Shown here: positions 41,042 to 53,400 of the stretch, one piece after another
How the letters are laid out: each line of letters opens with the position of its first letter
Numbering within the stretch: position 1 is the first letter of the stretch
From: Mobula hypostoma
Lineage: Eukaryota
Direction: 5' to 3'
Length of the DNA: 64,000 bases
NCBI RefSeq assembly: GCF_963921235.1
Contig: NC_086097.1
Location: 37,822,001 to 37,886,000, forward strand
Notes under the pieces: model-generated
What the model saw: only the letters and a program-made list of their open reading frames with translations
Told to the model about the DNA's origin: nothing
Database searches by the model: none
Made by a program: the position numbers and the translations under genes

Positions 41042-43230
41042 ATCGTTTCCACAGATGCTGTCCGACCTGCTGAGTTCCTCCAGCGTGTTGTGAGTGATGC
41101 TTTGACCCCAGTGTCTGCAGAGTATTTTGTGTTTGTGGCTGAGATGTGAGGTTCAGCAGGGTCACAGCCCTCAGGGAAGAAACTCTTCCTGTGCCTGCTG
41201 GTGCGGGAGCAGAGGCTCCTGTAGCGCCTACCGGATGGGAGGAGAGTAAAAAGTCCATGGTTAGGGTGAGATGCACCCTTGATAATGCTTTTCGCCCTGC
41301 CCAGGCAGCGTTTATGGTAGATGTTCTCAATGGTGGGCAATTAGGTGTGATAATCCGCTGGGCAGTTTTCACCACACGCTGGAGTGATTTGTGGTCTGAT
41401 ACGGGACAATTGCCATACCACACTGAGATGCAGTTGGTGAGTATGCTCTCAGTGGTACAGCGGTAAAAGTCCATCAGTATTCTGGGACAGAGGTGAGCTT
41501 TCTTGATGCTCTGCAGGAAATAAAGGCGCTATTGCGCCTTTTTGATCAGGATTGAGGAGTTCAGGGACCAGGTGAGATCATCAGAAATGTGGACACCAAG
41601 GAATTTGAATCTTGATACACGCTCCACTACAGCTCCATTGATATAGGTGGGGACATGAGTGTGACTCCTAGCATGCCTGAAGTCCTCAATGATCTCCTTG
41701 GTCTTCTGGGTATTAAGGGCCAGGTTGTTGTCGGGACACCACGCGGCCAGGTACTGGACCTTGTCCCTGTAGACCGCCGCATCATCCCCTCTGATCAGGC
41801 CAACCACCGTGGTGTCATCTGCGAACTTGATTATGGAGTTAGAACCAAGTACAGGAACACAGTCATAGGTGAAAAGAGAGTACAGAAGAGGGCTCAGCAC
41901 ACAGCCTTGAGGCACCCTGAGTGTTCAGGGTGAGAGTGGAGGAGGGGAGGTTGTCTAACTTAACTGATTGGGGTCTGTTAGTCAGAAAGTCCAAGATCCA
42001 ATTGCAGAGGGATGAGCTGATACCAAGCTGGCGAAGTCTGGCGATCAACTTGGAGGGGGATCACAGTATTGAATGCCGAACTAAAGTCAATGAACAGCAT
42101 TCTATCGTAAGAGTTGGGGCTGTCCAGTTGGGTCAGGGCAGAGTGAAGTGCCGTGGAGATGGCGTCCTCTGTTGACCTGTTGGTGCAATAGGCAAATTGA
42201 TGGGGGTCCAGGGTAGTGGGCAGACAGGATTTCAGATGTGATAGAACCAGTCTCTCAAAGCACTTTGCAATGAAGGGGGTGAGTGCAACTGGGTGAAGTC
42301 ATTCAGGCCCGTGGCAGTGGAATGCTTCGGCACTGGCACAATGGTGGCGATCTTGAAGCTTGTGGGGACAACTGCCTGGGCCAGGGACAGATTGAAAATG
42401 TCCGTGAAGACCCCAGCCAACTGCCCTGCACAGACTCTGAGCACACGGCCAGGTATTCCATCCGGACCAGCTGCCTTCCGTACATTCACCCTGCTCAGGG
42501 TGGCGCAAACATCGGAGGTGGAAAGTGAGAGAGGCAGTTCACCAGGTGGGAGATCCGCTTTGAGGGTGACCTCCTTGTTCTCTCGGTCAAAGCGAGCGTA
42601 GAAGTAATTGAGCTCAGCAGGGAGGGAAGCAGAGCTGGAAGGGGGCACAGTACAAGATGGTTTGAAGTCTGTAATGACCTGTATGGTATGCTACATGCGC
42701 CAGGGGTCCGAGGAGTTCAAATGCTCCTCGATTCTCTGTCTGTATATGTGTTTAGCCTGAGAGATTCCCCTCCTCAGGTTGGCCCTGGCTGAGCTGTAAG
42801 CCTCCCAGTCTCCAGACCTGAAGGCTGAATCTTTGGCTTTGAGCAGGAGGTGAACTTCTCTGTTCATCCATGGTTTCTGATTGGAGAAAATTTTATTTGT
42901 TTTAGTGATGTCACTCTATCTACACACTTGTTGATGTGCTCAAGGACACAGTTGGTATATAAATCAGTGTTAATCTGAGAGTCTGTGGTGGCATGGGCAG
43001 CAAACGCACTCCAGTCTATGTGCTGGAATTGATGCTGAACAGCAGAGTCAGCACCCTCCAGCCAGGTGTCTGCTCCAGGTGTCTGCACTGATTTTGTTCA
43101 TTTGCAATCAATCAAAAGAACATGGCAGCATGCACTGTCTGGATGAATTCTTCCATCGATAATAATTAGGAACCAATACACAGTTTTATAGTATTGTAGC
43201 AGTATTGGTAATGTTTTAATTTGTTCTGTA

Positions 43231-44033
43231 CAGTGGATTCCAGTTATTGGGCCACCGGTTAATCAGGGCAGTCACTTATTTGGGACAATTCTTAAAGAAC
43301 AAGAACTCATTTAAAAAATAGCCGGGATTCCCTTTATTTATTAGGGGTACTCTGTTGCTTAATTGGGCCAGGAGACTATTTGCCGAAGCGTCAGTCACAT
43401 GCACTTCTGTGACTATTAAGCACAACACCACAGTTAGAACAGTTTTTAAAACAGCGTCAGATACATGTGCTTGTGTTCAAAAAGTAGTCATTTTTGTCAC
43501 TGATAGTTGGTGAGAAGTAATCAGTAAAGTAATTCAGAACTGTTTTGCTCACTGCGATTTCAAGCACTCAGGCTTGGAGATGCCAGAAACAGCTGAGAAT
43601 AGAAATGAAACTACAGGTATTCCACTACTTCAACAAGTTAGAAACTACAAAGAATTTAATTGAATGTTACAATGGAAAAGAAGACTAGGAGGATGCAATC
43701 ATTGAATGCATTGTACGAAATCAGTCCATTAACTGCATCAGGTGACTGCACTAATATGTTCACAGTTAATTAAAAGAACACGGCAGAGTACACTGTGGAT
43801 GAATTCCTCTGTTGACGACTATTAGGAACTAATACACTTTTATAGTACAGTTAGTGTTCCCATTTATTCTGTATTGTATTTCAATATGTAATTTGTTACT
43901 CAGTTAAGTGGAAGTTTGCCTTTTTATTAAAATACGTCTCTGATTTCCAGGAAACTCTGGCTAACTGAGGCAGCCACTTAACAGGACTAAAATGTGCAGG
44001 TTCCAATGTGCCCCAATGAACTGGAATCCACTG
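43231..44033 (+). mobile_element. Tigger/pogo-derived non-autonomous element copy 2 (complete, 803 bp)
   Basis: TA-CAGTGGATTCCAGTT...AACTGGAATCCACTG-TA; internal pogo-like remnant SKVIQNCFAHCDFK. Confidence 0.88.
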
Positions 44034-44232
44034 TATTTTAGTTTCAGACTAACCTCACTGGTTCCAGGTTCTGCACCTCCTCTCATAAAGAAATGAAATT
44101 AACTTTGCCTTTATGACCACCTTATCAAGCTGTGCCACAACCTTCAGGAATTTGTGGACATGCATTTCGTTATCCCTGCATTTCTTTCTACATCTCATTA
44201 TCACACCATCACATCATATCATTTCTTCTCTA

Positions 44233-44909
44233 GGGGAGGAGAAGATGGCGGCGCAACGCAGCCGCGCATGGCTGCTCTGAAATGATATCGTATTTGTTAA
44301 GTGGGGCTGTGCACAATCCTGATTTGATGGAGACAGACGCGAGAAGCATGGAGGAACATCTGGAGAAACTTCTGAAATGCCTGCTTCGCTGCCTCTGCTA
44401 CTGTGCGATCAAGAATTTCCGGAGGGGAAGGCCCCAAATCCTCGGCTTTGCCTACTGCCTGTTGCCAGGGCCGGGGTCAAAGTGCTCGGCAGAGATGGTG
44501 CTCGGTGTCGGAGGGCTGGTCGGCGGCTTGAAGTTTTTGGATGGACTCAAGAGTCGGCTGTGGTTGGGTGCTTCCAGGGTGCTGAATCGGCAGGTTTGCG
44601 GCGCTGGAGGTTCATGGCAGGGAGAGTTTTTTTTTCCTTCTACTGTCTGCGTGAGATGATGGGACTTTCAAGAGACTTTGAGACTTTCTTTTTTAACCAT
44701 GCCCATGGTCTATTCTTTATCAAATTACGGTATTGCTTTGCACTGTTGTAACTATATGTTATTATTTTGTGGTTTTTGTCAGTTTTTCAGTCTTGTCTTG
44801 TGTTTCTGTGATATCGCTCTGGAGGAACATTGTATCATTTCTTAATGCATGCATTACTAAATGACAATAAAAGAGGACTGCGTGTCCTCATAATCTAATT
44901 TAATCTAAT
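44233..44909 (+). mobile_element. ~675-bp non-coding retroelement, copy 2
   Basis: GGGGAGGAGAAGATGGCGGCG start; AATGACAATAAAAGAGGACTGCGTGTCCTCAT(AATCT)n end. Confidence 0.88.
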
Positions 44910-47045
44910 TTATAGACTATTCACTTGTTTTGCCTCCCCAAACTTAATAATTGACACTCTGATACTAACACTTGTGAGAAAATAAATGGAATTCAATTAA
45001 ATGGTTTGAATTCCATTTATTTTTTTGACCACATTATCAGTTTATTGAAATGTTCCTGCAATGTACATATTTCTTCCTCAGCATTAATTTTAAGCCCAAT
45101 TTTGTATAATTTGTAACCTTCTTAATCGTGACTCGTGTGTAAAATACTTCTTGCTGTTGAAATCTGAGGTCTGAGACAATCAGAGACTTTAGGAGTGAGG
45201 GAAGTTTTTACATTGATAGTAATCAGAATATATTACATCTATCTTGTTAAGAAAGGATTTAGGATTTCTTCTGGAAATGCCTGACCACTCCAGAAAAAAA
45301 ATTTTCACTTTCTGTATCAATACCTGCTTGATATTAGTGAATGGGGTTTTAACAAAACTATTCTTAGTGAAGATTGGTGTCAAACAAGTCTTTTTTTCTC
45401 AACAGTATTCTTAAATTGGCATAACGTTGCATGTATCCAAACTGATACTGATTTTTGATTTATGCAGTTGCGGCAGTTGTCTGTGTGAAACAAGGTACTT
45501 TATAATGCAATTGAAAAGGTTGTCTTCTTCCAAGAAAACTGATTAACATTACGAATAGTGCAATAGCTTATAAAAAAACATTAATTTAAAACTGCTAACA
45601 GGAAGGAATCAAGCTGGGTTCAGCCTGCTGCCTAAACATATTGGCTTGAGTTCCTGGCCATCTGGACATATACAAATGGCCAAATATTTCAACATGCCCT
45701 ACCTGGGTGGCAGACTGGTGATGTAGCAAAGTTTAGCAGTGAATAGGCCTTAGATGGTGTGTTACTGAATCCTCATCCCAAGAGTGTCCTGACAGACTTT
45801 CACAGGAGGCAAAACTAGGAGTACAGTTTTGAAGCTGTCATGGCTTTGTAACCGTTTTAGCTGCCTATGAAATTTGGAGATATTTTAAAACAAGTATAGT
45901 TGCTTTTAAGGGTCTCAGCCCAAAACATTTTTGCCATAGATGCTGCTTGGCCTGCTGAGTTCCTCCAGCATTTTGTGTGTGTTAGTTGCTTGAAATTATG
46001 TTAAAATTATTTCATTTAAAAATAATAAAAATTAAGCATAAATTTATTTAAAACAATAAATAACTTTAACACATTCACTTTAAAAATGAGAGAACAAATT
46101 CATTTTAATCACCTTATCTTTCAGAAATGCAGACTCCAATCCTATGCCAAGACCAGCTGGTATAGCACCATAGAGACAGATTCCTTAGTATATTGTGAAG
46201 GAATTCCAGCACAGTCTGGCTTTGCTTGGACTCTGTGCACTGTCTACTGATGGAGTAGAGTGATCCCCCTGCCCCTCCTCCACTTGTTATTCAGTACACT
46301 TCAGGTTTCTATGGAATGTTTCTTTACATTCTTATGTGCAGTGAAACACTAACTAGAGTCTCTACTGTAGCGGGCATGGTTTGACCAATTGTATTTGCTA
46401 AAAGTCACAAAATAGTTTGGTAAAATAAAGGCATATTTAGCAGTTTCTTACATTCTCAAAACTTTCAATTTCTTCATTAATGCCAATGGAACTTGAGAAA
46501 AGACTGTTAATAGCACCATAATGATTGTACTGTATGTAATAAGTGGCACATAATAGATATTTAACAAAATTGTAGTCAAAGTACATTTATTATCAAAGAA
46601 TGTATAAATTACACACCTTGAGATTTGCTTATAGGCAGCCACAAAGCAAGAAACCCGAAGAACCCAATTTAAAAAAAAGAAAATAGCAGTCAGTGGAATA
46701 TAAAATTAGATTAAAGCTCAAGGTAGATAGTAATGAAAATAGTTGTAACTGAACTGGTGGTAAACACAAAGTGGTAGTTCCCAGGCTCTTCAAGCAAGAG
46801 ATTCTGCAAATGCTGGAAAACTTGAGCAACATACACAAAATGCTGGAGAAACTCAGCATATAAGGCAGCATCCATGGAGGCGAATAATTAGTTGACATTT
46901 TAGGCTGAGAACCTTCAACAGGACTGCTACTTTTCTGATACATGCTAATGACTTGAAGAAGGAATGTCATTAGTGATTAGGGTTGCATGTAAGATATTCT
47001 GTTAAAATACAAATATGTCATAATTAACATGATCTCCATTTCTCA

Positions 47046-47234
<189 letters not shown>

Positions 47235-47499
47235 TTATCTAATTTGATCGTATTTCTTTACAAGCATAAATACATTGGATAATGGAGACAAGAATCTCAC
47301 TTTGATGATTTACCTATACTATAGTTAGTGCGTTTGCATTCCAATCTCAAAAAAGCAACTGGGAGATGTTAATTTACAATCTGTGATTATAATTACTTTC
47401 GATGAAGGCCAGTAATTTTACCTACCCTATTAAGGTAAGTAATAACTTAAAAGTACCAGATCATTGTATGAAGATGCAGTAAGCATTAAGAAAGTTGGA

Positions 47500-48165
47500 A
47501 GATGAGGTCCTGAAGTGAGTTTCGGGAACTAGGCAGAAGGCTGAAGAACAGGACCTCAAGGGTGGCGTTCTCAGGATTGCTGCCAGTGCTACGTGACAGT
47601 GATGGTAAGAATTGGAGGAGATGGCAGTTGAATGCGTGGCTGAGGAGTTGGTGCAGGGAGCAGGGTTTTAGATTTTTGGATCATTGGGATCTCTTCTGGG
47701 GAAGGTGGGACCTGTACAGACTGGATGGGTTGCACCTGAACTCGAGGGGGAGCAATATCCTTGCAGGTAGGTTTGCTAACATGGTTCGGGAGGGTTTAAA
47801 CTAATTTGCAAGGGGAATGATAAGAGGTATACAAGATAATAAGAGGAATAGATAGAGTGGATAGCCAGCACCTCTTCCTCAGGGCACCACTGCTCAATAC
47901 AAGAGGACATGGCTTTAAGGTAAAGAGTGAAAAGTTCAAGGGGAATATTAGAGGAAGGTTTTTTTTATTCAGAGAGTGGTTGGTGCACGGAATGCACTGC
48001 CTGAGTCAGTGGTGGAGGCAGATACACTCGTGAAGTTTAAGAGACTACTAGGCAGGTATATGGAGGAACTTAAGGTGGGGGGCTATATGGGAGGCAGGAT
48101 TTGAGGGTCGGCACAACATTGTGGGCCGAAGGGCCTGTAATGTGCTGTACTATTCTATGTTCTAA
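47500..48165 (+). mobile_element. CR1 chimera: ORF1 3' end fused to extreme 3' end of a CR1
   Basis: ORF 47562..47804 nearly identical in protein to the end of ORF 1106..1687; at ~47820 switches to EVYKIIRGIDRV and 3' tail. Confidence 0.85.
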
Positions 48166-48834
48166 AGCTAACAGAAAGTTACAATTCCATGTTCGGGGAC
48201 TGAATGCAAAAGTTATTATGCTTCACTTATACATGATATTGAGACCACATTTGGAGCACTGTGCATAGTATTCATCTTCTCATTTGATGATTCTGTTGCA
48301 ATGAAAGCGCTTCAGATAAGATTTCCTGGAGTGAAAAATGGAAGGCTGGATAACTTTATAAAGGTTGGACAGGTTAAATTTGCATCCACTGAAGAGTAGA
48401 AAAGTGAAAACACTTGACTGAAACATACAAGTTCCTGAGGGGTTCTGATAGAACATAGAACATTGAATAGTACAGCACAGTACAGGCCCTTCGGCCCACA
48501 ATGTTGCGCCGACCCTCAAACCCTGCCTCCCATATAAGCCCCCACCTTAGATTCCTCCATGGAAAGGATGTTTCCTATTATACCATAACCTTGAATTAGG
48601 GATCATTGTTTCACTCAGAGGCAGGCCATTTAAGATAGAAATGAGGCAAAATATTTTCCCGTGAGGAATCTCCTTCAAAGGGTGGTGGAAACAAGTTTTC
48701 GAACATTTTTCAGAAGGAGTTAGGTGGAGTCTAGATAAGCAATGGGTAATGGGGTTACTGCTGCTCGACTGGAATATGCGATTGAGATCAGTCATGAGCT
48801 TGTTAAATAGTGTAACTGGCTTAAGGGGCCAAGC

Positions 48835-49760
48835 GTAGTGTATCTAAGTTTGCTGATGATACTAAATTGAGTGGAAAAGCAAATTGTGCAGAAGATACAG
48901 TGAGTCTGCAGAGATATAGATACGTTAAGTGAATGGGCAAGGGTCTGGCAGATGGAATACAGTCTTTGATAAATGTGAAATCATCCACGTTGGAAGGAAA
49001 AATGAAACAGCAGATTATTACTTAAATGATAAAAACTTGTAGCATGCTGCTGTGCAGAAGGACTTGGGAGTGCTTGTACTTGAATCACAAAAGGTTGGTT
49101 TGCAGCTGCAGCAAGCTGTCAAGAAGGCAAATAGAATGTTGGCCTTCATTGCTAGATGGATTGAATTTAAGAGCAGGGAGGTTATGCTGCAACTGTACAG
49201 GGTACTGGTGAGGCCATTCCTAGAGTACTGTGTGCAGTTCTGGTCTCCTTACTTGAAGGAGGATATACTAACTTTGGAGGCGGTGCAGAGGAGATTACAG
49301 AGATGAATGGGTTAGACTATGAAGAGAGATTGAGTCACCCAGGACTGTACTTCCTAGAATTCAGAAGAATGATAGAAACATATAAAATTATGAAAAGGAT
49401 AGGTAAGATAGAGGCAGGAAAGTTGTTCCCACTGGGAGGTGAGACTAGAACTCGGGGACATAGCCTCAAGATTTGGGGGAGTAGATTTAGGACAGAGATG
49501 AGGAGGAAATGGTTTCCCTAGACAGTAGTGAATCTGTGGTATTCTCTGCCCAATGATATAGTGGAGGCTACCTCAGTAAAAATATTTAGAACAAGGTTGG
49601 ATAGATTTTTGCATAGTAGGGGAATTAAGAGTTATGGGGAAAAGGCAGGTAGGTGGAGATGAGTCTATGGACAGATCAGCCATGATCTTATTGAATGGCG
49701 GAGCAGGCTTGACAGACCAGATGGCCTACTCCTGCTCCTGTTTCTTATGTTCTTATGAGT
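48835..49760 (+). mobile_element. CR1 3' fragment (RT C-terminal part to tail)
   Basis: SKFADDTKL at 48845, ORFs 49052..49306 and 49303..49521, TTCTTATGTTCTTATG tail. Confidence 0.88.
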
Positions 49761-50084
49761 GGCCTATTCCTGTGTCTGAATCATATGTTCCATGTTTCAA
49801 GATAAATGCAAACATGGACTGCGTTATAGTCTATATCTGTTATCTTTGCAGCAGTTTTTAAGCTTGTGTCTTGCTTGTGAAGTGTATAATTTCAGTGTTT
49901 ACATTTCAAACTTAACTCAAATGCAGAAGGCAAGGAGAAGGTCGAGGGTCCAGGGCCACTGGTTTAATGGCCAGATTACAAATTCAAACACAAGGAGAAA
50001 TGAAGACACCTGGTGTTTATAAGCAGAAACTCAGGACAATTTGAGTACATTGCCTGAAGAGCAATGTAGGCTTTACTAAGAGAC

Positions 50085-50822
50085 TTCAGGTTCTAAGTTT
50101 AATTATTATTCAACCATACATGAGTATAGCCAAATGAAACAACGTCCCTCCAGGGCCAAGGTGCAAAACACATTATCAACAGCACACAACACACTGCACG
50201 TAGAACATAGCACAAATGGCACTTATAGTTATGATTTCAGAAAAACATACAGTCACAAAGAAAAAATATAGCCCAAGTCCCTGATTATCCAGCTTGCTCT
50301 TCCACTGAGCAAACACCGGAGGGTAGAACCGAGCAAGCACAGAACAGATTCCAGCGTGCCTGCAGCAGGCTCTCACGCTGTCTTGGCATCACCTTCCCTG
50401 GACGACTACAACAGGCAACCTCTGGCCTATGCCTAGCCCTCACCACAATCAAGGCACACTGCTCCCCTGCTGCCCGTCTTACCAATGAGTCAGCATACCA
50501 GACCTGCAGTATTCTACATTACTAATGTCCAATAGGGTCTTGTAATCACAATAAAAATGTCCAAGACAATCACTCACGTCTTTTTTTTGGACCGCGCACC
50601 ATTCAACGGTTCAGAACAAGTCAAGGCGACAACCCAACAAGGGTGCACAATAAGTCCAGTTCCATCACTATTGAGCAACTTGCTCATGGGATAGTCTTGT
50701 ATGAATTGATGTTCTAAGTATTCAGCAGTACCTTGTGATCATTAAAACAAAAAAATGAAGAAATACACTTTTGATTGGACCCAGTGTGGCTGCTGCATCC
50801 TAACACACTGCCATCTTCCTGG
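50085..50822 (-). mobile_element. Non-coding retroelement with AAGATGGC head
   Basis: GCCATCTT at 50810-50817; A-rich tail ending CTTAGAACCTGAA on the minus strand. Confidence 0.5.
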
Positions 50823-51016
50823 GAAAAAAATCTTACAACAGTGACACGAGTGCTGATGAATCAGACGCACCTGACTAAAAGCCTGTATTTGCTGAACATT
50901 ACCAAGATGTTATTCCAATATTCTGCCTTTGTTTTGCTTTTCTTGACAATTTAATTATTCAAAGACAATTTACTATTTTCCCTAAAGCAATATCAATGTA
51001 TCATGCACCTCATTAC

Positions 51017-51157
51017 CTTTATCAATGGAAGATCTGGTATCTACCTTTCGTGGTCTGTAGACAGAATTTGCATTTGGATACTTTAGCTGTTGAACCAGTT
51101 CTGAATCAAAGGCTTGAATACTATGTCCAAGGAAGACCTTGGCAATGATCAGTTGAC
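51017..51157 (-). CDS. LRRC9: LRRC9 exon, ART-like domain (GQLIIAKVFLGHSIQAFDSELVQQLKYPNANSVYRPRKVDTRSSIDK-G)
   Basis: ttacttttAG acceptor, GTAATG donor, 141 nt, phase 1 to 1; inside ORF 50982..51221; LIIAKVFLG resembles the PARP-fold strand LLCxVxLG. Confidence 0.92.
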
Positions 51158-51805
51158 CTAAAAGTAAAGTCGTAGAACTTAATTTCAATAACTTGTGAAA
51201 AATAGTATGCTCTATGTTCAATCATGTTTAGTAACTATATAAATTAGCAGTAATATGGATTTTTTGAAAAATGATTAAAATGACTGATTCCCTCCACTTC
51301 CTTCCAAAATCCTCACTGTGATGATTTCTTTGATGACCCCAAGGGAAGTCAAGCAAGGAAATCAGTGTTGTTCTAATTAAGTGACAGCACTCTTCCATTA
51401 CTAGTTGAAAGGTCAATCAATGTAGACTGCAAGCCACGCTCAAAAATGGTGTGCATAACAGACCTCAGGATATCCAAAAGCTGATAATTATACCTGAACC
51501 TAATGGGAGAACAAAGTTCAAAGTAACTGCATTTCATCAAGGTATGTAGTCTGTGCTCAGCTTCCTGGCATCACATCAGGCTTTCTTAACCTCTCAATTC
51601 AAGCAAATTGATGGATTCTGGAGAGAGACATTAGGAACTATAGATCAACAAGGTCTCTAATTTTGCAAACCAATGCTTCCTGTCTGGAACGATAAGGAAG
51701 AATTGTCCAGTACAAGACTCAGGAAGCGTACGAATTCGGCAGATATTTTCATCTGCGACTAATTGATCTTCCAAGACCTGTGTCCATTTTGTTCATAAAG
51801 AAGTA

Positions 51806-53400
51806 CAGTGGCATGCAAAAGTTTGGGCACCCCGGTCAAAATTTCTGTTACTGTGAATAGTTAAGCAAGTAGAAGATGAACTGATCTCCGAAAGTCATAA
51901 AGTTAAAGATGAAACATTCTTTTCAACATTTTAAGCAAGATTAGTGTATTATTTTTGTTTTGTACAATTTTAGAGTGAAAAAAGGAAAGGAGCACCATGC
52001 AAAAGTTTGGGCACCCCAAGAGATTTGAACTCTCAGATAACTCTTACCAAGGTCTCAGGCCTTAACTAGCTTGTTAGGGCTATGGCTTGTTCACAGTCAT
52101 CATTAGGAAAGGCCAGGTGATGCAAATTTCAAAGCTTTATAAATACCCTGACTCCTCAAACCTTGTCCCAACAATCAGTAGCCATGGGCTCCTCTAAGCA
52201 GCTGCTCAGTGCTCTGAAAATTAAAATAAATGACGCCCACAAAGCAGGAGAAGATAGCAAAGCATTTTCAGGTAGCCATTACCTCAGTTCGTAATGTAAT
52301 TAAGAAATGGCAGTTAACAGGAATGGTGGAGGTCAAGTTGAGGTCTGCAAGACCAAGAAAACTTTCTGAGAGAACTGCTCAAAGGCAAATCAAAACCCCC
52401 GTTTGGCTGCAAAAGACCTTCAGGAAGATTAGCAGACTCTGGAGTGGTGGTGCACTGTTCTACTGTGCAGCGACACCTGCACAAATATGACCTTCATGGA
52501 AGAGTCATCAGAAGAAAACCTTTCCTGCGTCCTCAGCACAAAATTCAGCATCAGAAGTTTGCAAAGGAACATCTAAACAAGCCTGATGCATTTTGGAAAC
52601 AAGTCCTGTGGACTGATGAAGTTAAAATAGAACTTCTTGGCTGCAATGAGCAAAGGTATGTTTGGAGAAAAAAGGGTGCAGAATTTCATGAAAAAAACCC
52701 CTCTCCAACTGTTCAGCACAGGGATGGATTGATCATGCTTTGGGCTTGTATTGCAGCCAGTGGCATGGGGAACATTTCACTGGTAGAGGGAAGAATGAAT
52801 TCAATTAAATACCAGCAAATTCTGGAAACAAACATCACACCATCTGTAAAAAAAGCTGAAGATGAAAAGAGGATGGCCTCTACAACAGGATAATGACCTT
52901 AAGCACACCTCAAAATCCACAATGGACTACCTCAAAAGGTGCAAGCTGAAGGTTTTGCCATGGCCCTCAAGTCCCCCGACCTAAACATCATCGAAAATCT
53001 GTGGATAGACCTCAAAAGAGCAGTGCATGCAAGACGGCCTAAGAATCTCACAGAACTATAAGATTTTTGCAAGGAAGAATGGGCGAAAATCCCCCAAACA
53101 AGAATTGAAAGACTCTTAGCTGGCTACAGAAAGTGTTTACAAGCTGTGATACTTGCCAAAGGGGGTGTTACTAAGTACTGACTATGCAGGGTGCCCAAAC
53201 TTTTGCTTCAGGCCCTTTTCCTTTTTTGTTATTTTGAAACTGTAAAAGATGGAAATAAAAAAGTAATCTTGCTTAAAATATTAAAGAAATGTGTCATCTT
53301 TAACTTCATGCCTTTTGGAAATCAGGTCATCTTTTACTTGCTTAGCTATTCACAGTAACAGAAATTTTGACCGGGGTGCCCAAACGTTTGCACGCCACTG
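51806..53400 (+). mobile_element. Complete Tc1-family DNA transposon, IR/DR type, 1595 bp
   Basis: TA TSD (51804-5, 53401-2); ~210-bp TIRs starting CAGTGGC.TGCAAA.GTTTGGGCACCCC with inner repeats near 51998-52017 and 53188-53207. Confidence 0.96.
52184..53181 (+). pseudogene. Tc1 transposase, frameshifted, DD34E
   Basis: ATG 52184 MGSSKQL..., RPRKLS, VLWTDEVK, QQDNDLKHT, SPDLNIIENLW, GGVTKY-TGA; several small indels. Confidence 0.93.

Larger units (their letters stand above)
40355..41142 (+). mobile_element. Penelope-like element remnant with inverted terminal repeat, GIY-YIG endonuclease C-terminus and hammerheads
   Basis: ORF 40510..40740 (LPVATHFNSASHSH...RLEEQHLIYHLSSLQPLSMNIEF); 40355-40446 is an inverted copy of 41003-41094; 9-bp TSD GATGTGAGG (40346-40354, 41143-41151). 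Confidence 0.88.
40147..43075 (-). mobile_element. 5'-truncated Rex1/Babar LINE
   Basis: [43 protein letters not shown]...KFADD, ESILTNCISVWYGNC; 3' end ACAATGACAATAAAGTTG(AATCT)n. Confidence 0.92.
39621..43228 (+). mobile_element. Tigger/pogo-derived non-autonomous element copy 1 (right end missing; split by Rex1 at ~40147-43075)
   Basis: TA-CAGTGGATTCC left end; 39621-40146 plus 43076-43228 are colinear with copy 2 (43231-43870). Confidence 0.8.

Noticed and set aside
44282..44751. Overlapping 124-125 aa ORFs (also 17724-18144)
   Set aside because: Lie in a GC-rich repeat; frames differ between the two copies; no domain motifs.
45323..45480. Exon-like segment on minus strand (cacacAG...CAG/GTATTG)
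   Set aside because: Stops in all three frames; neighbouring exons join in phase without it.
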